A stretch of DNA of 64,000 bases from a virus. Numbering within the stretch: position 1 is the first letter of the stretch; the number at the start of each line of letters is the position of its first letter. This document shows, piece by piece, positions 9,926 to 19,428 of this stretch. A program made the position numbers and the translations under genes. The stretch is taken from the IMG/VR virus record IMGVR_UViG_3300025121_000023, positions 48,561-112,560 of that record. The stretch is one strand, 5' to 3'. The notes beneath the pieces were generated by a model that did not search any database, was not told the DNA's origin, and worked only from the letters and a program-made list of their open reading frames with translations.

Positions 9926-10522
9926 ATGAAAAATTACAAACAATTCAACGAAAACAAATTGCCTAAAATAAAAAAAGGTATTAAAGAAATATTAAAACCA
10001 TTTAAAGAAAATGAAATTGATATATTTGATACATTTAATTTAGATAAACAAAATTTTAATATAAAAGATTATATAGAAAATCTGTATAATAATGCCGATT
10101 TTAATCATAAAATAGAAAAAAAAGGTTTAAAAAAAGGAAAACTTCAAGATACTAAATATAATGAAGTATTACTATATGATAGATATGTTCTTAGATTTTT
10201 CTTTATTTATAAAAAAGATGCAATCGAAATTGAAGAACCTAAATTTATTTTAGTTCAATATTATGATAAGAAAAAAAATATATTAAGTTCAATTAAATTA
10301 TATAAAAATAAAAACAATACCCAAGATTTCTATGAAGATTTAACTGATGCTACTATCGAAATTGAAAAAGGTGATGATAATTTTATTTATAAAACATCTA
10401 ATTCTGGAAATAATTGGGAATTAAAAAATCCAAAAGATGTCCAAGGTGATTTTAAAGACTCATTAGATAAAACAGAAATTAAAAAAATATTAAAAGACAA
10501 AAATACAAAAGTGAGTAAATGA
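9926..10522 (+). CDS. Hypothetical protein with CTS-like leader
   Basis: Begins MKNYKQFNE. Confidence 0.7.
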   Translation: MKNYKQFNENKLPKIKKGIKEILKPFKENEIDIFDTFNLDKQNFNIKDYIENLYNNADFNHKIEKKGLKKGKLQDTKYNEVLLYDRYVLRFFFIYKKDAIEIEEPKFILVQYYDKKKNILSSIKLYKNKNNTQDFYEDLTDATIEIEKGDDNFIYKTSNSGNNWELKNPKDVQGDFKDSLDKTEIKKILKDKNTKVSK

Positions 10523-10577
10523 AAAAAAAATTTAAATTCATTTTAATATAAATTAAAAAACAAAAAAAGATAAATAG

Positions 10578-11021
10578 ATGGAATCCAAAAATAATTATAA
10601 ATATATTGTTATAAATATACCTACAGTAAATTTTGAAAATCGTTTATATACAACAAATAAATTAGTTAAAATAATTCGAATGTTATATAAAAACAATATT
10701 CTAATATGGAATTTTAATGAAAATACTAATGTTGATAATTGGGTAAGACTTTCTTTAATTGATTTGGATGAAGATAGATATATTATAGATGAAATGAATA
10801 TAAAAAATACAGATGATATAGCATTTTTTGAAAAATATCCCGTTTATATATATATTAACTTATATATAAATGATTTGTGGTATGATTATGATTATGACTA
10901 TCAAAGGGAGGATGATCCACACGTTTATTCAAATGTAGATATAAGAGATTTTAAAAGTATAATAGAAACTGGTAAAATACCAATTAAACCCGATTATTCA
11001 CCAAGGAAATATAGGGTTTAA
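10578..11021 (+). CDS. Hypothetical protein
   Basis: Its C-terminus FKSIIETGKIPIKPDYSPRK resembles the internal FRGIIEYGEIIPDYRPRR of the 13731 protein. Confidence 0.7.
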   Translation: MESKNNYKYIVINIPTVNFENRLYTTNKLVKIIRMLYKNNILIWNFNENTNVDNWVRLSLIDLDEDRYIIDEMNIKNTDDIAFFEKYPVYIYINLYINDLWYDYDYDYQREDDPHVYSNVDIRDFKSIIETGKIPIKPDYSPRKYRV

Positions 11022-11029
11022 TTGTTAGT

Positions 11030-11485
11030 TCATCCAGTAATATCTTTAATTTCTTTTTTAGAATCTCTATCTTTGATATAATTTCTTTTATCTGCAACCT
11101 TTCTACCTTTTGCTAATGCTATTTCCATTTTAAAAAACCCTTTATCGTTAGTATAAAGTTTCAATGGAACAATAGATAAACCTTTTTCTTCAATTTCAAT
11201 TTTTAGTTTAAGCAATTGCTTTTTATGTAATAATAATTTTCTATCCCTTATAGGATCAACATTATTATAAGAACCTTCTTCTAATATAGATATATTCATA
11301 CCTTTAATAAATAATTCATTATCGATAAAAATACAATATGTACCGTTTATGTTAACTTTATTATCTCTTACTGATTTAACTTCTGTGCCTGTTAAAACAA
11401 TACCAGCTTCGATTTTATTTATAATTTCAAAATCAAAATATGCTCGTTTATTTTTAAATGTACTTGTTAATTTTTTCTTTTTCAT
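11030..11485 (-). CDS. smpB: SsrA-binding protein SmpB
   Basis: NKRAYFDF, EAGIVLTGTEVKSVR, RKLLLHK, IVPLKLY and ALAKGRK..DKR motifs. Confidence 0.95.
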   Translation of the reverse strand: MKKKKLTSTFKNKRAYFDFEIINKIEAGIVLTGTEVKSVRDNKVNINGTYCIFIDNELFIKGMNISILEEGSYNNVDPIRDRKLLLHKKQLLKLKIEIEEKGLSIVPLKLYTNDKGFFKMEIALAKGRKVADKRNYIKDRDSKKEIKDITG

Positions 11486-11820
11486 TATTTTCCTGGGATT
11501 ACATAAAGTTCAATAGTGGATACTTGTTTTAATAAATTGAAAAATTCTTCTCTATATTCATAACTAATACTTTCTAAAGTAGAAGGTAATTCATTACCAT
11601 TAAGAGGAATATATACATATCCTTTTGTAAATGGTTTATCTTTAATATTTACAGAATATACTATGACACCTATCGCATCTGTATTATATTTAGCACTTAC
11701 ACCATTAACAGTAAAGGTTAGTGATTTTTCAGTCTTTACTACTATTATAGTATCTAATATATTTACTTCATTATGATCAATTACGTGTTCATGTGGTTTA
11801 TTAAAAATTATCTTTTTCAT
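11485..11820 (-). CDS. Hypothetical protein, translationally coupled to smpB
   Basis: 111 aa; its stop overlaps the smpB start. A TATATTTG promoter-like element lies at about 11844-11851 on the minus strand. Confidence 0.65.
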   Translation of the reverse strand: MKKIIFNKPHEHVIDHNEVNILDTIIVVKTEKSLTFTVNGVSAKYNTDAIGVIVYSVNIKDKPFTKGYVYIPLNGNELPSTLESISYEYREEFFNLLKQVSTIELYVIPGK

Positions 11821-11906
11821 TCTTGTTTATTATTTTTTAATTACAAATATAATAAATATATTGTAATTTACTATATTTGTTTATATAATTTTATATATAT
11901 TATATT

Positions 11907-12743
11907 ATGAGTGTAAAAAGTTTTAAAAATTTTGTAAATGAAAATATTAAAGATCTACTAGTTGGTAAATCATCAGAAGATATTAAAAATCAACTTAAAG
12001 GTAAATCTTTTTCAGAAATATTGAATTTAACAAAGAAGTATAATATTTATTTTATGGATTTTTTTACAAAAAAAGAACTTAAAGATATTTTTAAAGATTG
12101 TTCATTTAAAGAAATTTATGATCAAATAAGATTTAATGGTGATATAGAAAATATATTTACAAGAGATGAAATAAAAGAATTATTAAAAAAAGATGTACTT
12201 AGTAGCACTACTACATATCTTCATAATTACGATTTAAAATTAAATAATTTATTTACAAAAGAAGAAGTAAGAGAATTATTAAAAAAAAATAAATGGTATG
12301 ATGTATTTAAATTTTTAAAAGATAATGATAAATCGTACAAAGAATATTTATCAAAAAATGATATAATTGAATTAGCTGAAAACCGTTTTGGCAAAAAAAT
12401 ACATAATATATTTGATTTAATCAATATTATGTTTTATAACGGAAATATAAATATATTTGACATATTCACAAAAGAAGAAATAAAAAAAGAGTTAGATAAA
12501 ATATATTTTTATTATCATAATGATATTATAAAAATGTATAAATTGCCGTTTGATTTAGTATATCCTACAAAAGAACAATTAATTGATTTAATACAAAGAT
12601 TTTATTATGAAGAAAAAAATATAAGTCGTAATCAAATTAACAATTATTTAAATCAATTTAATATTGATTTAGATAATCCAAAGTATTTAAATATATCTAA
12701 ATTAGAAAAAGATGTACAAAAAAATCGTAATGAAGTTAAATAA
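11907..12743 (+). CDS. Helical-repeat protein with CTS-like leader
   Basis: MSVKSFKNFVNE-NIKDLLVGKSSEDI leader and repeated FTKEE(I/V)KELL units. Confidence 0.7.
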   Translation: MSVKSFKNFVNENIKDLLVGKSSEDIKNQLKGKSFSEILNLTKKYNIYFMDFFTKKELKDIFKDCSFKEIYDQIRFNGDIENIFTRDEIKELLKKDVLSSTTTYLHNYDLKLNNLFTKEEVRELLKKNKWYDVFKFLKDNDKSYKEYLSKNDIIELAENRFGKKIHNIFDLINIMFYNGNINIFDIFTKEEIKKELDKIYFYYHNDIIKMYKLPFDLVYPTKEQLIDLIQRFYYEEKNISRNQINNYLNQFNIDLDNPKYLNISKLEKDVQKNRNEVK

Positions 12744-12828
12744 GAATTAGTATAAGGTGCTGTTATGAAAGGAAATTTTGTAAATTAAGAAAATTTATAT
12801 ATAGTTATAGAAATAAATAAAATTAGAT

Positions 12829-13689
12829 ATGAAAAGATTAAAAAAATTCAAACAATTTATAACAGAAGATGTAGATATTACAGCACAAGATTTAAAACAT
12901 CCAGTTGATGAACCTATACAACAAGGTATTCCAACATCTCAAATGCAAGTACAAGGTCAACCAATACAAAATCAACCACAAGTACAACCACAAATGCCTA
13001 TACAACCTAAAAAATTAACATTGGATAAATATCGTAATATGATAGATTATACATTGTTAAAGGATAATGTAAGTAAAGAATTATTACAAAATTTTATAGA
13101 AGAAGCAATTCGACAAAAATTTTATGCTATTTGTATATTACCTAAGTATGTGGCTGATGCTGAATTTATTATTGATGATAGAAATTTAAAAATAGTCACT
13201 GTTATAGATTATCCAAATGGAACAGCAACAGCAAACGAAAAATTAGTAGAAACTACTGAAGCATTAGCAGATGGTGCAACCGAAATTGATATGGTTATGG
13301 ATTTTAAAGCATTGAAAGATGCTTATTTAGATGAAAATGAAGAATCACAAGAATCTACATATCAAATATTACAAAAAGAAATAAAAACTGTCGGTGATGA
13401 ATGTCATAGAAACGGTGCCATATTAAAAGTTATTGTAGAAGCAGAATTATTAACATTAGAAGAATTAGCAAAAGCTTGTGAATTAGTTACCAATGGTGGT
13501 GCTGATTTTATAAAAACATCAACAGGAACTAATAATAAACCAGTAGAATTAGTTAAAGTAAAAGAAATGAGAAGATTATTACCTGATTATGTTAAAATTA
13601 AAATATCGGGTGGTGTAAGGACATTACAACAATGTGAAGATTTTTATCAATATATTGATAGAATAGGTACATCTATTATTTTAAAGTAG
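12829..13689 (+). CDS. deoC: Deoxyribose-phosphate aldolase with CTS-like leader and Q/P linker
   Basis: IDYTLL, GATEIDMV, LKVIVE, ADFIKTSTG (Schiff-base Lys), KISGGVR and RIGTS motifs. Confidence 0.92.
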   Translation: MKRLKKFKQFITEDVDITAQDLKHPVDEPIQQGIPTSQMQVQGQPIQNQPQVQPQMPIQPKKLTLDKYRNMIDYTLLKDNVSKELLQNFIEEAIRQKFYAICILPKYVADAEFIIDDRNLKIVTVIDYPNGTATANEKLVETTEALADGATEIDMVMDFKALKDAYLDENEESQESTYQILQKEIKTVGDECHRNGAILKVIVEAELLTLEELAKACELVTNGGADFIKTSTGTNNKPVELVKVKEMRRLLPDYVKIKISGGVRTLQQCEDFYQYIDRIGTSIILK

Positions 13690-13730
13690 TTATTAAATTA
13701 AATATATATTACAAAATGAATTGTATTTAA

Positions 13731-14846
13731 ATGAGTAGAGTATTAGTAATTGTTGATGTTCAAAAAGAATTTGATGATTTTATCCAACGTGATTTAGTAG
13801 ATGAATTATATGATTATGCAGAAAAATTTGAAAAAGTATATCAGATATGGGATTCTAATAAAAATCAAATAAAACCAACTTATGAATTTCCTAACCAGGT
13901 TAAATCAGTTAAAAAGAAATTCGGTAGAAACCATTTTAATAATAAAGTCCAAAAATTTACACAAGATATTGAAGATGTATCTAAAGAAGGTACTACTTTT
14001 AAATTAACAAAAGGAAATGGATATATTATTAGAGTAGATAACAATCATCAATGGTTTTATGTTAATCCAGAAATTACCGATTTAATTGAAGAATTAAAAG
14101 ATGATGAAGTTGTTTTAGTTGGTGGTGCTGATGGTGAATGTCTTGAAGATGTTAAAGTAGCATTTGAAGCTTTTGGATTAAATTATAGAATTAATAAAAA
14201 ATATGTTTATAGTGCCAAAACAGATAAAAATGATACGATTAAAGATAATATTAGTGAAGCTAAAAAACAAAAATTTGAATATGATGAAATTTGTTATAAA
14301 GTTCAAGATCAAGAAGATGAAGATTTTATTAAATCATATTTAACAACACAAGGGTATGATTATACAGGACTTAATTCAATACATACAAAACCATATTATT
14401 TATTTGTTGATATTAAAAAAGGTAATTTAACACATGATACTATACATAGTCTTGATAGGCTTGGTGGTTTAATTAATTATACAAAAGAATATGAATATAG
14501 TATATATCCAGTAGTTTTTGATAGATCTAGTTTTAGTACTTTTAGAGGTATTATAGAATATGGAGAAATAATACCAGATTATAGACCAAGAAGAAAACTT
14601 AATGAATCTATAAAAGATATTTTAAAAGGAAAATCAAAAGAAGATATTGAAAATGCTATGGAAGATTTATTAACTAAAATAACTGATGAAGCAATAGAAT
14701 TATTTCCGAAAAAATTTACTGAATGGACAGATACATATAAATATTTTGAAAAATATAGAGATATAATAAAAAAATACATATTACAAAGTTATACTATTAG
14801 TAATGTTATTTATTATATTGTTAATGGATACGCAGAAAAAAAATAA
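13731..14846 (+). CDS. Isochorismatase/cysteine-hydrolase-like domain fused to two phage domains
   Basis: VLVIVDVQKEF and LVGGADGECL motifs; the C-terminal parts resemble other proteins in this window. Confidence 0.6.
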   Translation: MSRVLVIVDVQKEFDDFIQRDLVDELYDYAEKFEKVYQIWDSNKNQIKPTYEFPNQVKSVKKKFGRNHFNNKVQKFTQDIEDVSKEGTTFKLTKGNGYIIRVDNNHQWFYVNPEITDLIEELKDDEVVLVGGADGECLEDVKVAFEAFGLNYRINKKYVYSAKTDKNDTIKDNISEAKKQKFEYDEICYKVQDQEDEDFIKSYLTTQGYDYTGLNSIHTKPYYLFVDIKKGNLTHDTIHSLDRLGGLINYTKEYEYSIYPVVFDRSSFSTFRGIIEYGEIIPDYRPRRKLNESIKDILKGKSKEDIENAMEDLLTKITDEAIELFPKKFTEWTDTYKYFEKYRDIIKKYILQSYTISNVIYYIVNGYAEKK

Positions 14847-14876
14847 ATTTCATTTTGAAAACTTTCTTTGGAATGT

Positions 14877-16583
14877 TTAATTAAAAGTAATATTCGAAAA
14901 TAAATTTTTCTTTTCTACCGATAATATTCTATCAAATATTTTAGAATCAACATCTTCTAATCCATGATGCATTAGAATTAAATTTATTTTATTTTCAATT
15001 GAAAAGTCTTTTAACAAATCTAATATTAAACTAATATAATCTTTATTAATTGAGTTAAATACTTCATCCATAAATAATATATTTATATTTTTAATTTCTC
15101 TTACTAATTTAATATAAGATATAGCAATACAAATATTTACCATTTTCATTTCACCAGTAGATTCAGTTTCCGGATTTATTAATTCTCCTCTATCATATAT
15201 ATCAGCATCAAAATTATCATTCAAATGAACAGTATAAGGAAAGTTTATTTTTTCTAATAATTCGGTTAATGTTTTATTGATAGGTGGTATTAAAGAAGCT
15301 ATAATAGATTTTCTTGCACCATTATCACCTAATATTTTAGATAATTCTGTTAATGTATTAATTTCTTTTTTTATTAATTCTAATCTATTTAACTTTTCTT
15401 TTTTATTTTCTAATAATTTTTTACCTTTTAATTTTAATTCTTCCACTATATCAGAATTATCCATATCATATGAATCATATTTATATTTTAATATTTTAGC
15501 ATCAGTTTTTATATTAGACAAATCATCTATTAATTGTCGTCTACCTTTATTAATAACATTTAATTGACTACTAATACTTTGATTTTCATCTTTATAATTA
15601 TTTATTAATGATTCATTTTTTAATATTTTTTCTGTATATTCTGTTTCTTTTATTTTTAATTCATATAATAATTTAATATGTTCATCAGTATCTAAATTAC
15701 TATTACAATACGGACATAAACCAGAATCAAATATTTTTATTTTATTTCTAACTTCAACTAATTCTGTTCTTCTTCTAACATTTTCATTTTCATTAGAATT
15801 AATATGGTTTTTATGTTCTTGTAATTTAACATCAAATTCTGAAATTTTATTTTCTATGTTTTTAATTTCGGATAATTTTTCATTATATTTTATTTTAATA
15901 TCTGATATTTTATTTTTTAGATCTTCTTTAGTATAATCTTTATTAGTTGATTTGCTATTTTTAATTATTTGAATATATTCTTTTAATTCTTTATCAATAT
16001 TAGTTAATTCTATTGCTATTTTTTCTTTTTCTTTTTTATTTTGATTTATTAATTCTTTATTAATAGAATAATAATCATCTATTTCTTCCATATTAAATAA
16101 TCTATTCAATAAATTCCTTTTATCTTCTGGTTTTAATTGAATAAAATTTAGAAAATCATTAATACTTAATGATATGAATGATTTAAATGTTTGATAATTA
16201 AAACCGATAAAATTTTCTTTTTCAATATCGTTCATTAATTTATATCGTTCAGTAAAATTTTCATTATTTACTTTGATATTAAAATCGTTTGGTGCAATTT
16301 TTCTAACTATATCAATATTATCTCCTTTACTATTTAGAAAAAATAGTTCTACTTCTAAATTTTTATTTGTCCTATTTGGGAAATCTTTTAATGGAATTTT
16401 AGCTGATTTTTTTCCTCTAACTTGATTAAAGATACAAAGGTCTATGGCAGAAGCAATTACACTCTTACCAGCACCATTGGTTCCGTGGATAAGCCATAAT
16501 CCACCATCATCATTAAATGTAATTTCCTGGATTTTATTTCCATAAGAAGCGATATTTTTAAATCTTAATTTTTTTAAATTCAT
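14877..16583 (-). CDS. SbcC/Rad50/T4 gp46-like recombination ATPase
   Basis: Walker A GTNGAGKS, coiled coil with a CPYC hook, STGE signature and Walker B LFMDEVF. Confidence 0.9.
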   Translation of the reverse strand: MNLKKLRFKNIASYGNKIQEITFNDDGGLWLIHGTNGAGKSVIASAIDLCIFNQVRGKKSAKIPLKDFPNRTNKNLEVELFFLNSKGDNIDIVRKIAPNDFNIKVNNENFTERYKLMNDIEKENFIGFNYQTFKSFISLSINDFLNFIQLKPEDKRNLLNRLFNMEEIDDYYSINKELINQNKKEKEKIAIELTNIDKELKEYIQIIKNSKSTNKDYTKEDLKNKISDIKIKYNEKLSEIKNIENKISEFDVKLQEHKNHINSNENENVRRRTELVEVRNKIKIFDSGLCPYCNSNLDTDEHIKLLYELKIKETEYTEKILKNESLINNYKDENQSISSQLNVINKGRRQLIDDLSNIKTDAKILKYKYDSYDMDNSDIVEELKLKGKKLLENKKEKLNRLELIKKEINTLTELSKILGDNGARKSIIASLIPPINKTLTELLEKINFPYTVHLNDNFDADIYDRGELINPETESTGEMKMVNICIAISYIKLVREIKNINILFMDEVFNSINKDYISLILDLLKDFSIENKINLILMHHGLEDVDSKIFDRILSVEKKNLFSNITFN

Positions 16584-16738
16584 TTATTTTTTTCGTCTTC
16601 TATTTTTTGTATTTCTTTTTTCACAAAATTTTCTATTAGTTTAGATTTATTAAATTGTTTATTATCTTCAATATATTCATCTAATACGTTATTAACTTTT
16701 TTATCAATAGTAATAGTAATTTTACTTCTTTTTTTCAT
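16580..16738 (-). CDS. Small ribbon-helix-helix (CopG/Arc-like) protein, 52 aa
   Basis: Manual translation: MKKRSKITITIDKKVNNVLDEYIEDNKQFNKSKLIENFVKKEIQKIEDEKNK. ATGA overlap with the gp46-like gene. Confidence 0.7.
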   Translation of the reverse strand: MKKRSKITITIDKKVNNVLDEYIEDNKQFNKSKLIENFVKKEIQKIEDEKNK

Positions 16739-16856
16739 AAAATGTTTTTTTATTTATTATATATTAAAAGGTGTTTAAAGTTTTTTAATAATTTTTACCA
16801 TTTTTGTCATTTTTGACTTTTAATATTTTATATATACTATAAAACAAATATAAATT

Positions 16857-17018
16857 ATGAAAGTAAAAACGAAAACGAAAGTAGAATTATCCATATCATT
16901 TGATGATGATTTATTAAAATATATAAAAGAAAATTATGTAAATAGATCTAAATTTATTGAATATTGTGTTATACAAGAATTATCTAAATTTGATAAATAT
17001 AAAAATAAATTATCATAA
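16857..17018 (+). CDS. Small ribbon-helix-helix protein, 53 aa
   Basis: Manual translation: MKVKTKTKVELSISFDDDLLKYIKENYVNRSKFIEYCVIQELSKFDKYKNKLS. TAATG overlap with the endonuclease gene. Confidence 0.7.
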   Translation: MKVKTKTKVELSISFDDDLLKYIKENYVNRSKFIEYCVIQELSKFDKYKNKLS

Positions 17019-18121
17019 TGAAAAGAAAAACTACCGATGAATTTATATTAGATGCACAAAAAGTTCACAAAGATAAATATAATTATTCATTAGTTGATTA
17101 TATAAATACTAAAACTAATGTTAAAATTATATGTAATATACACGGAGAATTTGAACAATTACCAGCCAATCATTTGATAGGTAAGGGTTGTTATAAATGT
17201 GGAAGAATAACAACAACAAAGAAAAAATCTTTATCTACTGACGAATTTATAATACGTTCCAAAAAAATTCACAATAATAAATATGATTATAATTTAGTAA
17301 AATATATAAATAATAAAACCAAAGTTAAAATTATATGTCCTGAACACGGATTATTTGAACAAATACCTAATTATCATATAAACAATGGAAGTGGTTGCCC
17401 TAAATGTAAATTTGAAAAAATAGCAAAGTTATATTCCAGAAGTAATAATGATTTTTTATTACAGGCAAAAAAAATTCACGGGAATATATATGATTATTCG
17501 TTAGTAAATTATAAAAATGATATAACAAAAGTAAAATTAATATGCTTAATACACGGAGAATTCGAACAAACACCCAATAAACATTTAAAGGGTAGAGGTT
17601 GTCAAAAATGTGGAGGAACAAGTCTAAAAACAACAGAACAATTTATTATAGATGCTAAAAAAATACATAATAAAAAGTATGATTATAAATTAGTTAATTA
17701 TAAAGGGAATCGAATTAAAATTAAAATTATTTGTAATGAACACGGGATATTTAATATAATTCCAGTTAAACATTTAATAGGTAGAGGTTGTCCTAAATGT
17801 AGAGAAACAATAGGAGAAACCAAAGTTAGAACATTATTAGAAAATAATAATATAAGTTATGAAATACAAAAGACATTTGATGGATGTATATATGAAAAAT
17901 CTTTAAAATTTGATTTTTATTTACCTGATAAAAATATAGCAATTGAGTTTGATGGGATACAACATTTTGAACCCATTGAATGGTTTGGGGGAGAAAAAAG
18001 ATTTAAAATTCAACAAAAAATAGATTTAATTAAAACTAATTATTGTAAGGATAATAATATTAAATTAATAAGAATATCGTATTTGGAAAATGTTGATATT
18101 AAACTTAATGCTTTCTTTTAA
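17018..18121 (+). CDS. Zn-finger-array PD-(D/E)xK/Vsr-like endonuclease (family B)
   Basis: Four H..KYDY...KVKIIC..HG.F.Q.P..H..G.GC..C repeats followed by FDFYLP...IEFDGIQHF. Confidence 0.75.
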   Translation: MKRKTTDEFILDAQKVHKDKYNYSLVDYINTKTNVKIICNIHGEFEQLPANHLIGKGCYKCGRITTTKKKSLSTDEFIIRSKKIHNNKYDYNLVKYINNKTKVKIICPEHGLFEQIPNYHINNGSGCPKCKFEKIAKLYSRSNNDFLLQAKKIHGNIYDYSLVNYKNDITKVKLICLIHGEFEQTPNKHLKGRGCQKCGGTSLKTTEQFIIDAKKIHNKKYDYKLVNYKGNRIKIKIICNEHGIFNIIPVKHLIGRGCPKCRETIGETKVRTLLENNNISYEIQKTFDGCIYEKSLKFDFYLPDKNIAIEFDGIQHFEPIEWFGGEKRFKIQQKIDLIKTNYCKDNNIKLIRISYLENVDIKLNAFF

Positions 18122-18406
18122 AAAATTTTTTAATTATCATAAATAATATAGATTAAAAATTTAATTTTGTTTTATTAATTTATGAATTCATATGATTAAT
18201 GAATTATTTAAATGCTTTTAACATATAATTTAATGAAAACTTTTTTTTTCTATAAGTATATATTAAAAGAAATAGTGGAATGATATTAAAAATAATATCA
18301 AAAAATGATTTTATAAAAAATAGTTTAGGATCTTATAAATCATCTTTAAAAAATAAATGGTTAGATGAAATATGTAACTATATATTAAAAATTGAATACA
18401 GGATAT

Positions 18407-19180
18407 ATGACAAATACTATGATTCAAGGCGATTGTCTTGTTGAAATGCAAAAAATCGAAGATAAATCTATTGATATGATCTTTGCTGACCTACCTTTTG
18501 GAACTACAAACTGCAAATGGGATTCACCAATAGATTTAAATTTATTATGGATACAATATAAAAGAATAATCAAAGACAATGGTACTATTTTATTATTTGC
18601 TCAAACACCGTTTGATAAAGTGCTAGGATGTTCAAATTTAGAATGGTTAAGGTATGAATGGATTTGGGAGAAAACACAACCAACAGGTCATCTTAATGCA
18701 AAAAAGATGCCGATGAAAGCACATGAAAATATACTAGTATTCTATAAACATCTTCCAGTATACAACCCTATTAAAACTTTTGATCATAAAAGAAAAGTAT
18801 CCACAGCACATCATAAAAGAAATACTAATCAAGGTGAAATTTATCACGAACATGGTAAATTTGTAGATTATGATAGTACAGAAAGATACCCAAGAAGCGT
18901 ATTGAAATTTGCAAGTGATAAACAGAAAGTTAATTTACATAGCGCACAAAAACCATTATTATTATGTGAATATATGATTAAAACCTATACTAATGAGGGG
19001 GATACAGTATTAGATAATGTTATGGGATCTGGAACGATTGGAGTTGCGTGTTTTAATTTAAATAGAAATTTTATTGGAATGGAAATATATAAAGATATTT
19101 TTGATATTGCTAAAAAAAGAATTCAATTCCATTCACGTAGAATTAAATTAAAAAAATTATTAAAAAACATAAATCAATAA
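18407..19180 (+). CDS. N4C/N6A DNA methyltransferase (beta class), no adjacent restriction gene
   Basis: GDCL, ADLPFG (motif IV variant), WIWEK, HSAQKP and VLDNVMGSGT (motif I). Confidence 0.88.
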   Translation: MTNTMIQGDCLVEMQKIEDKSIDMIFADLPFGTTNCKWDSPIDLNLLWIQYKRIIKDNGTILLFAQTPFDKVLGCSNLEWLRYEWIWEKTQPTGHLNAKKMPMKAHENILVFYKHLPVYNPIKTFDHKRKVSTAHHKRNTNQGEIYHEHGKFVDYDSTERYPRSVLKFASDKQKVNLHSAQKPLLLCEYMIKTYTNEGDTVLDNVMGSGTIGVACFNLNRNFIGMEIYKDIFDIAKKRIQFHSRRIKLKKLLKNINQ

Positions 19181-19183
19181 AAA

Positions 19184-19387
19184 GTTGAATTTATATACAA
19201 TATTAAATTTTTATGTGTTGATTTTATATACATTGTATAAAAAATCAACACCACTATAAATATATTATAATCAGCAGTTTATAAATTTAGTGCTGAATTT
19301 ATATACATAAATCTTTAAAATATTTTTATTTCAGAACTATTAATTATCTATCATACAACGTATTGTTTCATTTGGTATTATAATTGT
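19184..19387 (+). promoter_or_regulatory. Sigma54-like promoter with upstream TGT-N11-ACA enhancer-like sites
   Basis: TTGGTATTATAATTGT at 19372-19387 has GG-N10-GT spacing. Related 17-mers lie at 19183, 19216, 19234 (inverted) and 19291. Confidence 0.55.
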
Positions 19388-19428
19388 TTATAATAACTTA
19401 AATTATTAACAAAAAAAATCCAAATAAA

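Noticed and set aside
18280-18450. Short ORF MILKIISKNDF...KNKWLDEIC
   Set aside because: About 55 aa and overlapping the methyltransferase start. It may be an endonuclease repeat remnant but is too short to support.
18407-19180. Restriction-modification pair with the upstream nuclease at 17018
   Set aside because: That nuclease belongs to a dispersed multi-copy family whose other members have no methyltransferase neighbour.
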